A DNA stretch of 64,000 bases from an uncultured Gemmatimonadales bacterium (lineage in GTDB: Bacteria > Gemmatimonadota > Gemmatimonadetes > Gemmatimonadales > Gemmatimonadaceae), in NCBI GenBank assembly GCA_963793305.1, contig CAWBZV010000002.1, positions 64,001-128,000 of the forward strand, written 5' to 3'. The translations under genes and the position numbers were made by a program. Of this stretch, positions 51,636 through 62,100 are shown piece after piece. The first letter of the stretch is position 1; each line of letters begins with the position of its first letter. The notes beneath the pieces are model-generated. The model was not told where the DNA came from, did not search any database, and saw only the letters and a list, made by a program, of their open reading frames with translations.

Positions 51636-51976
51636 CGCTGCCGCGCGCGGTGTTCATTTTGTTACTTACGCTCGCGTCTGCTACAATCGCATCGGCGCAG
51701 GTAACGAAAAAAAAGCGCCCACCAGCCGTCGCGGCTGCGCAAACGGTCGAAATTCGCGGACAGGTGCCGACGCCGCAGGTCGTCACGGTGCGGCCGAGAG
51801 CCGTTCCCGATTATTCGCGGGGCGTCTTGGTTCCCGCGTTCTATGACCAGCACTTCTGGCCGTCAATTCTGGCGCCGTATCGCGTGGTCCCGACGTTGCC
51901 GAGCGAGTCGGGTCATCGTCCACCGGAGGCGGCGCCGGACACGGCCGCCGCGTCTCCCCCTCCCTCGAGAGAATAG
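51632..51976 (+). CDS. Small secreted protein, GltF/CglF-like
   Basis: Signal peptide; VEIRGQVPTPQVVTVRPR...FWPSI resembles the GltF IxGxxxxP...R...F pattern; position between TPR gene and motor genes. Confidence 0.55.
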   Translation: MTLPRAVFILLLTLASATIASAQVTKKKRPPAVAAAQTVEIRGQVPTPQVVTVRPRAVPDYSRGVLVPAFYDQHFWPSILAPYRVVPTLPSESGHRPPEAAPDTAAASPPPSRE

Positions 51977-51979
51977 GCA

Positions 51980-52621
51980 ATGGACGCATTTCTGAAGTGG
52001 TTCCGCGATGGCGGCCCGATCATGTACCCGATTCTGATCGTCGCCCTCTCGGGGTTGGCGATCTTTCTCGAGCGGCTGTACGTGATCGTCTTGCGGTCGC
52101 GCATCAACGGCCCGGCGTTCATCGATCGGGTGATGCAGCTCGTGCGCGCGGGCCGGATCGATGAAGCGATTCGCCTCTGCACGCAATCCAAGGCGACGCT
52201 GCCCGACATGGGTTTGCTCATCCTGCGCTCGAAGAGCCATGACGAGGGCGAGCTCCAGAACGTGGCGGACGCGGCGTCCCTGGCCGTGATCCCGCGGCTC
52301 ACGCGGCGCCTGCAGTATCTCCCGATGCTCGCCAACGTCGCGACGCTGATCGGTCTGTTCGGCACGATCTACGGTCTCCGAGGCGCGTTCGCGTCCGTCG
52401 CGCTCGCCTCGGCAGCCGAGCGCTCGGAGAAGCTGGCGGCCGGTATCGCGATCGCGCTCAACGCGACGGGCTTCGGGCTGCTGACGGCCATCCCGCTGAC
52501 CGTGGGCCACTCGTATCTCTCGGCCCAGGCCGAGCAGATTATCGAGCAGGTCGACGAGTTCTCGGTGCGGCTGATCAACGCGCTCGTCGAACGTCCGGAT
52601 GTCCGCATAGCGACTCGCTAA
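51980..52621 (+). CDS. MotA/TolQ/ExbB proton channel (AglR-like)
   Basis: GGPIMYPI, ANVATLIGLFGTIYG, GIAIALNATGFGL. Confidence 0.92.
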   Translation: MDAFLKWFRDGGPIMYPILIVALSGLAIFLERLYVIVLRSRINGPAFIDRVMQLVRAGRIDEAIRLCTQSKATLPDMGLLILRSKSHDEGELQNVADAASLAVIPRLTRRLQYLPMLANVATLIGLFGTIYGLRGAFASVALASAAERSEKLAAGIAIALNATGFGLLTAIPLTVGHSYLSAQAEQIIEQVDEFSVRLINALVERPDVRIATR

Positions 52622-52645
52622 TCGAACCCAAGCGGAGCGACCGCC

Positions 52646-53158
52646 ATGGTCACTCGCTTTCATCGAGCGAAAGTCCGTCGCCGCGAGCTCAGTCAGGGCC
52701 AGCTCGGGCACGGCAGCATCAATCTCGTGCCACTGGTCGACATTCTGACGTCGATCGTGTTCTTCTCGCTGGTCACCTATCAAGGCCTCGTTGCAGTTCT
52801 GACCAGCTATGACCTCAGTTTGCCGCCTGTAGTTATCAATGCCCCGCAGGAGGCCTCGAAGCCGGACAACGCGCAGTTGAATCTGCTCCTCGCGGTGCGC
52901 GTGTCGAACGACGGCCTGCTGGTCGAGCACTCGGAAGAGGGCGGGTTCCGCCGTCAAATCAAGGGACTGGACTCGACCTCACTCGACACGCTGCAGGCGC
53001 TCATGGTCGACATCAAGGCGAAGTATCCGCAGAACAACAATGTGATCGTGATCCCGAACGACAATGTCGCCTACGATGATGTGATCCACGTGCTGGAGCG
53101 ATTGAAGGTGGCCAAGTATCCCAACGTGGCGCTCGGCACGAAAGCGCGACAGACCTGA
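52646..53158 (+). CDS. ExbD/TolR-family protein (AglQ/S-like), copy 1
   Basis: INLVPLVDILTSIVFF with conserved Asp; YDDVIHVL. Confidence 0.88.
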   Translation: MVTRFHRAKVRRRELSQGQLGHGSINLVPLVDILTSIVFFSLVTYQGLVAVLTSYDLSLPPVVINAPQEASKPDNAQLNLLLAVRVSNDGLLVEHSEEGGFRRQIKGLDSTSLDTLQALMVDIKAKYPQNNNVIVIPNDNVAYDDVIHVLERLKVAKYPNVALGTKARQT

Positions 53159-53160
53159 TC

Positions 53161-53703
53161 ATGGCCAAGACGAGTCGATTCCAACAGTCGCGAGAGGCGC
53201 GCCGCGGCGCCCAGTTCTCCAAGTTCAAGCTGGCCGAGCTGAACCTCGTCCCGCTCGTCGACACGCTGGTGTCGATCGTGTTCTTCGCACTGGTGACGGC
53301 GGTCGTCGGTGAGCTCGCGCCGGTCGTGGCCGGCGTCACGCTGCCGGAATCGAGCGTCGGCGGGAATGCGCTGCAGCAACTCACCCTCGGCGTCGGCGCC
53401 CAGGTCACGGTGGCGAATACGCCGGTCATGAGCACGGTCGACGCGGCCCAGGCCCAGTCGAACATGCCGGGCCAGCCGCTCTTGATTCCGCAGCTCTACG
53501 CGGTGCTCAAGGAGAGAGCGGATTCACTTCGCTCCCAGCGCGGCACGCCCGGGACCGATCCCGTCGACCAGCCGCTGGCGATCCAGGGCGACAAGACGAT
53601 GCACTATGATCTCTTGTCGCGGATCATGCAGACGGCCCGGCTGGCTGGATTCAAGAACATCTCGCTGCAGGTCAAGCGCGTCGGGGGCGCCGGCAACACG
53701 TGA
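53161..53703 (+). CDS. ExbD/TolR-family protein (AglQ/S-like), copy 2
   Basis: LNLVPLVDTLVSIVFF; IQGDK..YDLLSRIMQTARLAGF. Confidence 0.88.
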   Translation: MAKTSRFQQSREARRGAQFSKFKLAELNLVPLVDTLVSIVFFALVTAVVGELAPVVAGVTLPESSVGGNALQQLTLGVGAQVTVANTPVMSTVDAAQAQSNMPGQPLLIPQLYAVLKERADSLRSQRGTPGTDPVDQPLAIQGDKTMHYDLLSRIMQTARLAGFKNISLQVKRVGGAGNT

Positions 53704-54707
53704 CGGCGCCTCAAGGGCCTCGGCCCTCGGGAGCGAGCGCTCAGCCGCCCAAGCGGCGCACCGGCCGCGTCCGCGCGCCGGTCGACGAGACGAGCTTCAC
53801 ACGCGAGCTGCGCCACGAGCTGGCGAGCAGCGAAGGCCGCGCGCTCGTTGTCTCGTCGAGCATCTCGGCCGGCATCGGCTTTATCTGGATCCTACTCGTG
53901 ATCTTCGGTCCACGGACCGAGACCGCTCACCTGTTGTCGGCGGACGAGCGGCCGATCAACGTGACATTCGAGTCGCCGCCGCCCGAGGAGCCCAAAGTCG
54001 CGCCCACGCCGGCCGCGCCAACCGTGTCGAAGCCGACGCCGAAACCCGCCGCTGCCGCCGCCGCTCCGAAACCGTCGGGGCCGACATTGGCGGAAAAGCG
54101 CGCGGCCGCCGCGGCCGCCGCGTTCGGCGCACCGGCTGCGTCGAACGGACCCGTGGGCAATGTCTCGAACGTGCTCCGTGGCGTATCGGTCGCGTCCAAC
54201 TCGCCGGCCACTCCGGGTGCGGCGACGGGCGGGAAGCAGGTGCTCGCGTATGGTCAGGGTGGCGCGGGCTCGCGCACGCCGGGCCGCGACGCCGGCGCTG
54301 GCAGCGGTACCGGGTCGATTGGCGCGGTCCAGGGCACCGGCGGGTTCGGCGCGCAGGCCGTGCGCATCTCGGCGCCGAAGGTGATCGACGCGCCGAGCCT
54401 CGGCGGGCCCTCGCGCGACGTTGGCGAGCTTGGCACGCAGGTGCGCGACCACGAGTCGCAGCTCCGGTTCTGCTACGACGAGTTCGGCTTGAAGGTGAAT
54501 CCGGCACTCGCGGGCAGCGTGACGATCGCGCTGACGCTGACCGGTGGTGGCGCCGTGACGGACGCCAAGATCACCGGCCGCACGTGGAGCGGCCCGGGCG
54601 CCGACGCCACCGAAGCGTGCATCCTGCAGCGCGCGCGCGGGTGGCACTTCCCGGCCTCATCGGCGGGCGGCGGCACCTACGAGTTCAGCTTCAACTTTAC
54701 GAAGTGA
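53700..54707 (+). CDS. TonB-like protein with AgmX/PglI C-terminal domain (GltG-like)
   Basis: One TM, Pro/Ala/Gly linker, LRFCYDEFGLKVNPALAGSV...CILQRARGWHFP. Confidence 0.85.
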   Translation: MTAPQGPRPSGASAQPPKRRTGRVRAPVDETSFTRELRHELASSEGRALVVSSSISAGIGFIWILLVIFGPRTETAHLLSADERPINVTFESPPPEEPKVAPTPAAPTVSKPTPKPAAAAAAPKPSGPTLAEKRAAAAAAAFGAPAASNGPVGNVSNVLRGVSVASNSPATPGAATGGKQVLAYGQGGAGSRTPGRDAGAGSGTGSIGAVQGTGGFGAQAVRISAPKVIDAPSLGGPSRDVGELGTQVRDHESQLRFCYDEFGLKVNPALAGSVTIALTLTGGGAVTDAKITGRTWSGPGADATEACILQRARGWHFPASSAGGGTYEFSFNFTK

Positions 54708-54902
54708 GTCGAAGCGGGCCGCGTAGGCCGGCGTGAACCGCGCCGCCTGCGGGAGTGTATCCATCGCTCTCGCCTCGGCGTTGATTTTCTCCACGTCAGT
54801 AGCGGTGTCCGGCTGCGCGGTGGGCGTCGCCGCTGGTAGCTTTTGCTCTGGCGGCTTGGAGCATGCCGAAGCGACCGCTACCAGGAGTACGACTCGCCAC
54901 AT
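54657..54902 (-). CDS. Small lipoprotein, unknown function
   Basis: MWRVVLLVAVASAC lipobox then Pro/Ala linker; 81 aa. Confidence 0.55.
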   Translation of the reverse strand: MWRVVLLVAVASACSKPPEQKLPAATPTAQPDTATDVEKINAEARAMDTLPQAARFTPAYAARFDSLRKVEAELVGAAARR

Positions 54903-55695
54903 GCTCGGAAATCTGATAGCGATCGCGTTCCTCGTGCAGCAGATCCCGCCACCCGTCGGGGTTGTCAACGATTTCGCGCACGTGCTGACCCCGAGCGCGT
55001 CGGCGCACATCGAGCAGATCGCGAGCAATGTTCGGAACAAGTCGCGGGGCGAGATCGCCGTCGTCACGCTCCGTGACATTGGCGACCAGGATCCGGCTCA
55101 GGTCGCACTCCTGATCGGACGCCAGTGGAAAGTCGGCAAGATCGGGAATCCAGGCGATCCGACGCGGAACGCCGGCGCGGTCATTCTCCTCGTACCGAAG
55201 GAGACGTCGGGCGACGGGCGAGGGCATTGCTTCATCGCCACGGGACAGGGCACCGAAGGGTTCATCACCGACGGCGACGCCGGCGATATCTGCCGCGAGG
55301 CGACACCGGATTTCCGCGATCGCGACTACTCCGACGGACTCGACCTCGTCACGTATCGGACGGCCCAGCGTTTCGCCGATGAGTTTCACTTCACGCTCGA
55401 CACCGCCCTCGCTGTGGCTCGAGGCCCCGAGTCTGGCGGCGGCTCGGCGGCGCCATTTCAGATCACGCCAACTGAGCTCTTCGTTGGCTTCATCGTCATC
55501 TTCTTTCTTCTGCGCCTCCTGGTCGGGAGAGGCGGGCGTGGGTGTGGGTGCGTTCCGATACCGCTTTTCTTCGGAGGAGGCGGCGGCGGTGGTGGCTGGT
55601 CCGGTGGGGGCGGGGGCGGGGGTGGAGGGGGTGGCTTCGGTGGATTCGGCGGTGGAGGAGGATTCGGTGGTGGCGGTGGCGGCTCTAGCTGGTAA
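54901..55695 (+). CDS. TPM-domain protein with Gly-rich tail
   Basis: VNDFAHVL, EIAVVT, IATGQGTEGFITD, GGFGGFGGGGGFGGGGGGSSW. Confidence 0.92.
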   Translation: MLGNLIAIAFLVQQIPPPVGVVNDFAHVLTPSASAHIEQIASNVRNKSRGEIAVVTLRDIGDQDPAQVALLIGRQWKVGKIGNPGDPTRNAGAVILLVPKETSGDGRGHCFIATGQGTEGFITDGDAGDICREATPDFRDRDYSDGLDLVTYRTAQRFADEFHFTLDTALAVARGPESGGGSAAPFQITPTELFVGFIVIFFLLRLLVGRGGRGCGCVPIPLFFGGGGGGGGWSGGGGGGGGGGGFGGFGGGGGFGGGGGGSSW

Positions 55696-55703
55696 GATTC
55701 GGC

Positions 55704-56426
55704 GTGCCTGCAAAGACTGACGCCGAGACGGCGCTCGCTGATCTCGTTCAGCAGATGGAGCGCGTCTGGGAGCGCGGCCTGTCTGCTGTGCTCCTTTACG
55801 GCTCAGGAGCAGGCGGCGAGCACATTGCTGGCCGGTCCGACTACAACGTGCTCGTTCTAGTCGACTCGGCCCCGCTCGAAAAGCTGCGAGGGGCCGAGGC
55901 GGCGCTTCGTGGCTGGAGGGCGGCGGGGCATTCGCCGCCGCAGGTCATGACGGTCGAAGAGTGGCGGACAGGCGCCGACGCGTTCCCGATGGAGTACGCG
56001 GATATCCTGGCTCGGCATCGTGTGCTAACCGGTGAACCGCCTTTCGCCGGTATCGCGGTCCGCGCGACGGATCTCCGGCTGCAGCTCGAACACCAGGCCA
56101 GGTCGACGCTCCAGCGTCTGCGCCGGCGGCTCCTGGGGACGTCAGCCGAAACGCATCGTGACGTTTTGGCCGATAGCGTGAGAGAGGTGATGATCGTCTT
56201 CCGTGCGAGCGAACGTTTGCATGGGGCGACGCCGCCAACGGAGAACGACGCGTTGGCGAATGCGGTGGCGGGGCGGGTGGGATTCGACCCCGGGCCGTTC
56301 CTGCGCGCCGTGCAGCACGTCCGCTCCGCTCCGAAGCTCTCCGCTCGCGAAGCGACGGATGTGCTCTCCGGCTATCTGGTCGGGCTGGAGCGCCTGGTCA
56401 CTTATCTCGACGCCTACGAAGCATGA
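55704..56426 (+). CDS. Nucleotidyltransferase-domain protein
   Basis: LYGSGAGG...SDYNVLV; DAFPMEY. Confidence 0.82.
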   Translation: MPAKTDAETALADLVQQMERVWERGLSAVLLYGSGAGGEHIAGRSDYNVLVLVDSAPLEKLRGAEAALRGWRAAGHSPPQVMTVEEWRTGADAFPMEYADILARHRVLTGEPPFAGIAVRATDLRLQLEHQARSTLQRLRRRLLGTSAETHRDVLADSVREVMIVFRASERLHGATPPTENDALANAVAGRVGFDPGPFLRAVQHVRSAPKLSAREATDVLSGYLVGLERLVTYLDAYEA

Positions 56427-56929
56427 AAAAGGTTCTGTTTCTCGCCCTGACAGCCGCCCTCGCCTGTCACAAAGACAAGCAGCCGCCCGCGACTGCGTCC
56501 GTACCACCGGTCGACACCACACCGGTTGACCTGTCCAAGGTGCAGACCGCGCTGCCCAAAGCAGCACCCGATACGTTCACGCCGCCTCCAAAGCCGAAGA
56601 GCGACGTCGTCCAGGCGCCGGATTTTCCACCCGCGCCCGAGCCGCTGATGGCGTCCGTCAATCGCGAATCGGCGTTCTCCCGGTTTTGTTTCGAGGAGTA
56701 CGGAGAGAAGTTGGATCCGACGCTCCGTGGCGGGGTGGCGATGCTCGTGACGGTCAGCGCCCAAGGCGTGAGCGATGCGAAAGTCGCGAACTCGCGTTGG
56801 TCGTCGAAGCAGCCCGGCGCCGGCGTCGATCAGTGTCTCAACGAGAAAGCCAAGCTCGCGTGGAAGCTGGAACCTGGTGAAGTCCGCTCGGGCCAATACG
56901 TCGTGCAGATGAGTTTCCGGGGGAGTTAA
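56423..56929 (+). CDS. Lipoprotein with TonB-C/AgmX-like C-terminal domain
   Basis: Lipobox ALAC; Pro linker; RFCFEEYGEKLDPTLRGGV...QCLNEKAKLAW, similar to the C-terminus of 53700..54707. Confidence 0.65.
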   Translation: MKKVLFLALTAALACHKDKQPPATASVPPVDTTPVDLSKVQTALPKAAPDTFTPPPKPKSDVVQAPDFPPAPEPLMASVNRESAFSRFCFEEYGEKLDPTLRGGVAMLVTVSAQGVSDAKVANSRWSSKQPGAGVDQCLNEKAKLAWKLEPGEVRSGQYVVQMSFRGS

Positions 56930-57498
56930 TGAAAGCGTCGCGCATGGTCGTCGCCGGTTTGATGCTGTCACTCACAGGCTGCGGATACAATCAGATCCAG
57001 CAGTTGGATGAGTCGGCGGCGCAGGCGCAGAAGAACATCGAGGTGCAGCTCCAACGCCGGTCGGATCTGATCGGAAACCTCGTCGAGACCGTGAAGGGAC
57101 AGTCGAAGCAGGAGCTCGCCGTGTACACGGACGTGGCGAAGGCGCGCGCCGGAGTGACGGATGCTATCTCGAGTCACGACCCGGCGCGCGAGGCCGACGC
57201 GAACCTGCAATTGTCATCACAATTGACGATCCTGAATCGCTCTGTAACGGAAGCGTACCCGCAGTTGAAGTCGGATCAGGCGTACCTTCGGCTTATGGAT
57301 GAGCTGACGGGTACGGAGAACCGCATCGCGACGGCCCGGACCGACTACAATCAAGCGGTTGAGACGTACAATGCGTATATCCGGCAGTTCCCGCAGGTCG
57401 TCACCGCACGTCTCTCCGGGTCCAAGCCGCGTGCGTACTTCACGGCAACTGCTGCCGCGCAGGAAGCACCCAAGGTCGACTTCTCGACGAAGCCGTAG
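56929..57498 (+). CDS. lemA: LemA family protein
   Basis: GCGYN, LQRRSDLIGNLVETVKG, EAYPQLK, GTENRIATARTDYN. Confidence 0.94.
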   Translation: MKASRMVVAGLMLSLTGCGYNQIQQLDESAAQAQKNIEVQLQRRSDLIGNLVETVKGQSKQELAVYTDVAKARAGVTDAISSHDPAREADANLQLSSQLTILNRSVTEAYPQLKSDQAYLRLMDELTGTENRIATARTDYNQAVETYNAYIRQFPQVVTARLSGSKPRAYFTATAAAQEAPKVDFSTKP

Positions 57499-57499
57499 C

Positions 57500-59009
57500 C
57501 TTCTCTTTTTCGTCACGCCGATCCTCGCGGCGTGCCACGACGTCACCGGCACCAGAATCTTCCAGCCGCCTCCCGACACGGCGACGGTGCGCGTGTTGGC
57601 CGAGACGTACCAGAGTCTCGAGAACGATCAGATGCAGGAGTGGGAGGGGACGCTCGGGATGCCCGTCGGCCTCTACACCCAGCAGATGGCGGGGATCGCG
57701 GCGCAGCCCGAGGCGTTCGATCTGTATCGATTCCTCGCGGTCGACGCCGATCCGGGGTTCCAGGCGATTCTCGCGTCGGCGATGAGCGCGCGGACCATCC
57801 AGACGCTCGGGCACAAGATCAACGACTCGCTGTGGGTCGGCATCGGCAAAGTCTGGGAGGCCGCGGCGGTCGGCGATGCCGCATTCGATCTGGGGCGCGA
57901 TCCCGTACACGCAGGCGTTTGATCGGGCGCACTACCCCGATCCCGAGTTCGACCCGCAGCCTACCGTCTATCAGATGGTCGATGCGCAACTCGACTCGGC
58001 GATCCGGTACTATCTCGCGGCTCGAAACGCATTGCCGCGCGGACCGGACACGGCGGAGCTCATCTATCGTGGGCAGCCACCGGAGTCGTTGGCCACGATC
58101 TATACGGAAGTCGCGCACACCCTGCGCGCGCGATACGATCTCCATCGCTCGGGCAGCGATCCGTCATTCTACGCGCTGGCGCTCCAGGAAGCGCAGCAGG
58201 GGATCTCCGATCCGCGGCACGACTGGAATTGGTACAACGACGGCACCGAGCCGCAGAACAACGCGACGTACACGCTCGTGACCGGCCATAGCGCCGGACA
58301 GCTCGCGCCCTCGGCCACGCTGATCAATCTCATGCACCAGCGGATGGCCGAAGGGCTCGACGCGAATCAGGATCGACTCGATTTCTACTTCGTGAGCCTG
58401 GTCAATGCGTCGCTTTCGTGCGACTCGACGTGTGTGGGATTCCGGCCGGGCGGCAATGTGGCCGAGCCGGGGGGTGCCGGGACGTCCGATTTCGACCTGC
58501 TGAATTTCGGCGCCGGATTCCGGCAGCCGTATGTCACGTGGACTGAGACGCAGTTGATCGTGGCCGAGGCGGCGCTGGCGACGGGGAATGCGCTGCTCGC
58601 GGAGCGGGCGCTGACAGCGGTGCGAGCGCACGAGGTGTATGGTGCCGACGTGAGTGGAGACCGGCTCGCGTCCGGTTCCGTCGCCTGTGGTGGCCCGTGT
58701 ACGTTCGTCACACAACGGCCGGTCCCGGCGACGCTTCGCAACATTATAGAAGAGAAGTACATTGACTTGTTTCTGAGCGCCGAGGTCTGGTCGGACTTCA
58801 GACGCACGTGTTTGCCGTACATCGCGGCGGCGCCGGCGACCGTGACGGATTCGGTCCCGCGCGCCGGGAGCTTGCCCGAGCGATTCCCGTACGGGGAGAC
58901 GATAGCGGCCGATCCCAACACGCCGATCGTCGCCCCGACCGCCCACAACGCGGATTCTCCGCGGATGTGTCCGTCGTATTCTTTCTTCGGGACTCCGGCA
59001 GCGTACTGA
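57500..59009 (+). CDS. SusD-like lipoprotein (frameshift near 57885; start codon unclear), paralogue of 62515..64000
   Basis: Lipobox LAAC; WGAIPYTQAF, AHTLRARY, ETQLIVAEA, IIEEKYIDLF, EVWSDFRRT, PERFPY. Confidence 0.7.
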
Positions 59010-59043
59010 CTAGACTGTATTCTGTCAGTTTGCTAACCACTTC

Positions 59044-59072
59044 TTGACACAGTCGGCTGCCGCCCGTAACGT
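59044..59072 (+). promoter_or_regulatory. Sigma70 promoter of second susC/susD locus
   Basis: TTGACA (59044-59049), 17-nt spacer, TAACGT (59067-59072). Confidence 0.65.
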
Positions 59073-59190
59073 GGCGCACCGCCAACGACTACGTCCGTAG
59101 TACTACGCAGTTAGTACTAGGGAAATAGTAGTCGCCCACCAGGCGGGGTCATTCGCTCCTCCACTCTTACTGCGAGGTGCCGCGAGACCC

Positions 59191-62100
59191 ATGTCCAGTC
59201 AGCGAGGTAGGTTGTTCAATCCAGGCGTCCTATTCATGGTCGCCGCCGCCAGTGTGCTCTCGTTGCCCACAGAGCTCACTGCGCAGCAACCGGTGACGAT
59301 CACCGGTGATGTGACGAGCGATGCGGGCACACCGCTCCCCGATGCCAGCGTGTTCATCCAAACGATGAACTTGGCGACTCAGACTCGGGGAGACGGCAAG
59401 TACACGATCGTCATTCCCTCGGCACGCGTTGCCGGGCAGACGGTCACGCTGTCCGTTCGTCTCGTCGGCTACACCAGCGCGTCGGCCCAGATCACGCTCA
59501 CCGGTGGCACGGTCACCCAGCCGTTCAAGCTCGTCTTGAATCCCTTCCAGCTGGGCACCGTGGTCGTGACCGGTGCGGGCACGCAGGCCACCGTCGAGCA
59601 GCTCGGTACGACGCGGAGCTACGTCACGCCCGAGGAAATCCAGCGCAGCAACGAGTCAAACCTGGTCACGGCGTTGGCGGCGAAGGCGCCGAGTGTCCAG
59701 GTCACATTGAGCTCGGGTCAGCCCGGCACGTCCACGTACATCCAGTTGCGCGGTCTCACGACGCTGACGGCGTCCGACGGCCAACCGCTGATCGTGGTCG
59801 ATGGGTTGCCGATCGACAACTCGAACGTGATGTTCGCGGGAAACGCGCCGGGCTCGGCCGCCGCCGGGAATGGCGGCGCCGAGACGGTGAACCGCGCGAT
59901 GGATCTCAACCCGGATGACATTGAGAACGTCGAGATCCTCAAGGGTCCGTCGGCCGGCGCCATCTACGGATCGCGGGCCGGTCAGGGCGTCATCCTGATC
60001 ACGACGAAACGCGGTCGCTCGGGACAGACCCACTACTCGGGGAAGAGCTCGAACGTCGTGGGACAATGTCTCGAACCTGCCGGCCAATCAGACCATGTAC
60101 AACCTGGGCCAGGACGGCCAGACGTTCTCTTGCGCCGGCGTCGTCAACTGCGCGCCACCGGGCCGCGGTTCGTCATGGGGCGCCGTGATTCCGGCCGGCA
60201 CGCCGGAATACAACAACTACAACAACATGTTCACGACCGGCCACGTGTACGACGAAGCGATCACGGCGTCGGGCGGGAACGATCGCACCACCTTCTACGT
60301 GTCCGGTGCGTACAATCTCAATCGCGGCATGCTGACCGGGCCGAACGACAGCTATGGCCGCACGGCGCTGCGATTCAACGGCGCACAGCAGGTGAACTCC
60401 GATCTGCGCCTGTCGGCGAACGTCGCGTTCTCGGCGTCGAACGGCGACTACCTGGAGAGCAGCAACAGCACGTCCAGCTTGCTCCTCGGCGCCTGGCGCA
60501 CGCCAGCGACGTTCAACAACGCGGCGTATCTGGCCCCGAACGGCGAGCCCGTGTCGACGCGCTTCGAGAACCCCGCGCCGGGCACGGACGAGATCTCGCG
60601 CGTGTACGACAATCCGTTCTTCGTCGCCAACAACCAGAAGAACACCTCCAACGTGGCGCGCACGCTCGGCAACGTCACCGCGGACTATCAGGCGCTGTCG
60701 TGGCTGCGGTTCAGCGAGAACATCGGCGCCGACTACTCGAACGATGAGCGTCTGACGTCGGAGCCGTGGACCTCCGGCAACAGCGCGGGCGAGAATCCGA
60801 TCAGCTCGAGGCTCGCGACGGGCAATGTCAACCAGGGCTACATCAAGCAGTGGTCGATTGACCAAACGATCACCGCGACGGCGACGCATACGTTCTCCAA
60901 GAGCTTCGACGGGTCACTCACCCTCGGCAACAACGAGAACGTGAAGCAATTCAACACCGAATTGACGACCGGCCTCGTGCTCCCATCGCCGCAGCCGTAC
61001 GTCCTGTCGAATACGGCGCTGCCCCAGTCGCCGGGCGTCTACACGTCGGCGATTCGGCTGGCGTCATTCTTCGGGCAGGCGCAGGCCAGCCTGTTCCACC
61101 AACTGACCCTGACCGGTGCGCTGCGCGACGACGGTGCGTCGACGTTCGGTATCAACCAGCAGTTCAGCTGGTTCCCGAAGGTGAGCGCGGCGTGGCAGGT
61201 GATCCGGCAAGGCGACAACAGCAACAACTGGCTCACGAGCGTGAAACTCCGCACGGCGTACGGCGAGAGCGGCACGCAACCGCGTCCGTACACGCTGTCG
61301 AATTCGTTCGGCGCGGGGCTTTTCGGTGACGGATTCACCACCATCAGCACGGCGAGCGTCAATGGCCAGGGTGGCGTCGTCACGCAGGCCATCGAGCCGA
61401 ACCCGAACCTCGCCACGGAACGCCAGAAGGAGTTCGAGATCGGAACGGACATCGGGTTCCTGAAGAACTTCGGCGATCTCAGCTTCTCGTATTATCGGGA
61501 GAACACGACGGGCGCCATCTTCCCGGTGCCGGTCGCGTCGTTCACCGGCTACAGCGAACAGTATCAGAACGCGGCCAATTTCTGGAACCACGGCTTCGAG
61601 GTCGCGTTGAACCTCCGGCCCATCCAGACGAAGCTGCTCTCGTGGGATGTCGGCGTGAACTGGTCCCGCAACCGTAGCGATGTCACGAGCCTGCCGAAAG
61701 GCGTGCAGTTCGTCGACATGGGTGGCACCGGTGGGCTGGGTGGGATTACCGGCGCGGCGCTGGTGGGCCAGCAGGTCGGCATCTGATTACGGCACCGACG
61801 TTGTGCGCTGCGGCCACAATTCGATACTCAACGGCGTCAACCTCGACCAGACCGCGGGCGCGTGCAAAGGCGCGAAGGCCGGTTCGGTGTACCTCGACGC
61901 CACTGGGCTGCCGCAGGTCGATGCAACGGGCTCATACGTCATCGGCGACCCGAACCGCAATTGGATCGGATCCCTGCACACGGGTTTCCATATCCTCAAG
62001 TTCACGGTCACGGCACTGCTCGACGTACAGAACGGCGGCGACAGCTACAACGGCACCGCCGGCGCCCTGAACTATTTCGGCACGTCGGCGGTGACCCTCT

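Noticed and set aside
51980..54707. Ordinary Tol-Pal or TonB-ExbBD uptake system
   Set aside because: No tolB/pal; two ExbD-like genes, TPR partners and the AgmX/PglI-type domain fit an Agl-Glt-like cluster better, though not proven
55575..55692. GGN-rich tandem repeat
   Set aside because: Encodes the usual Gly-rich tail of TPM proteins
61784..61786. In-frame TGA as selenocysteine or readthrough in SusC
   Set aside because: The protein continues in a different frame, so this is an indel
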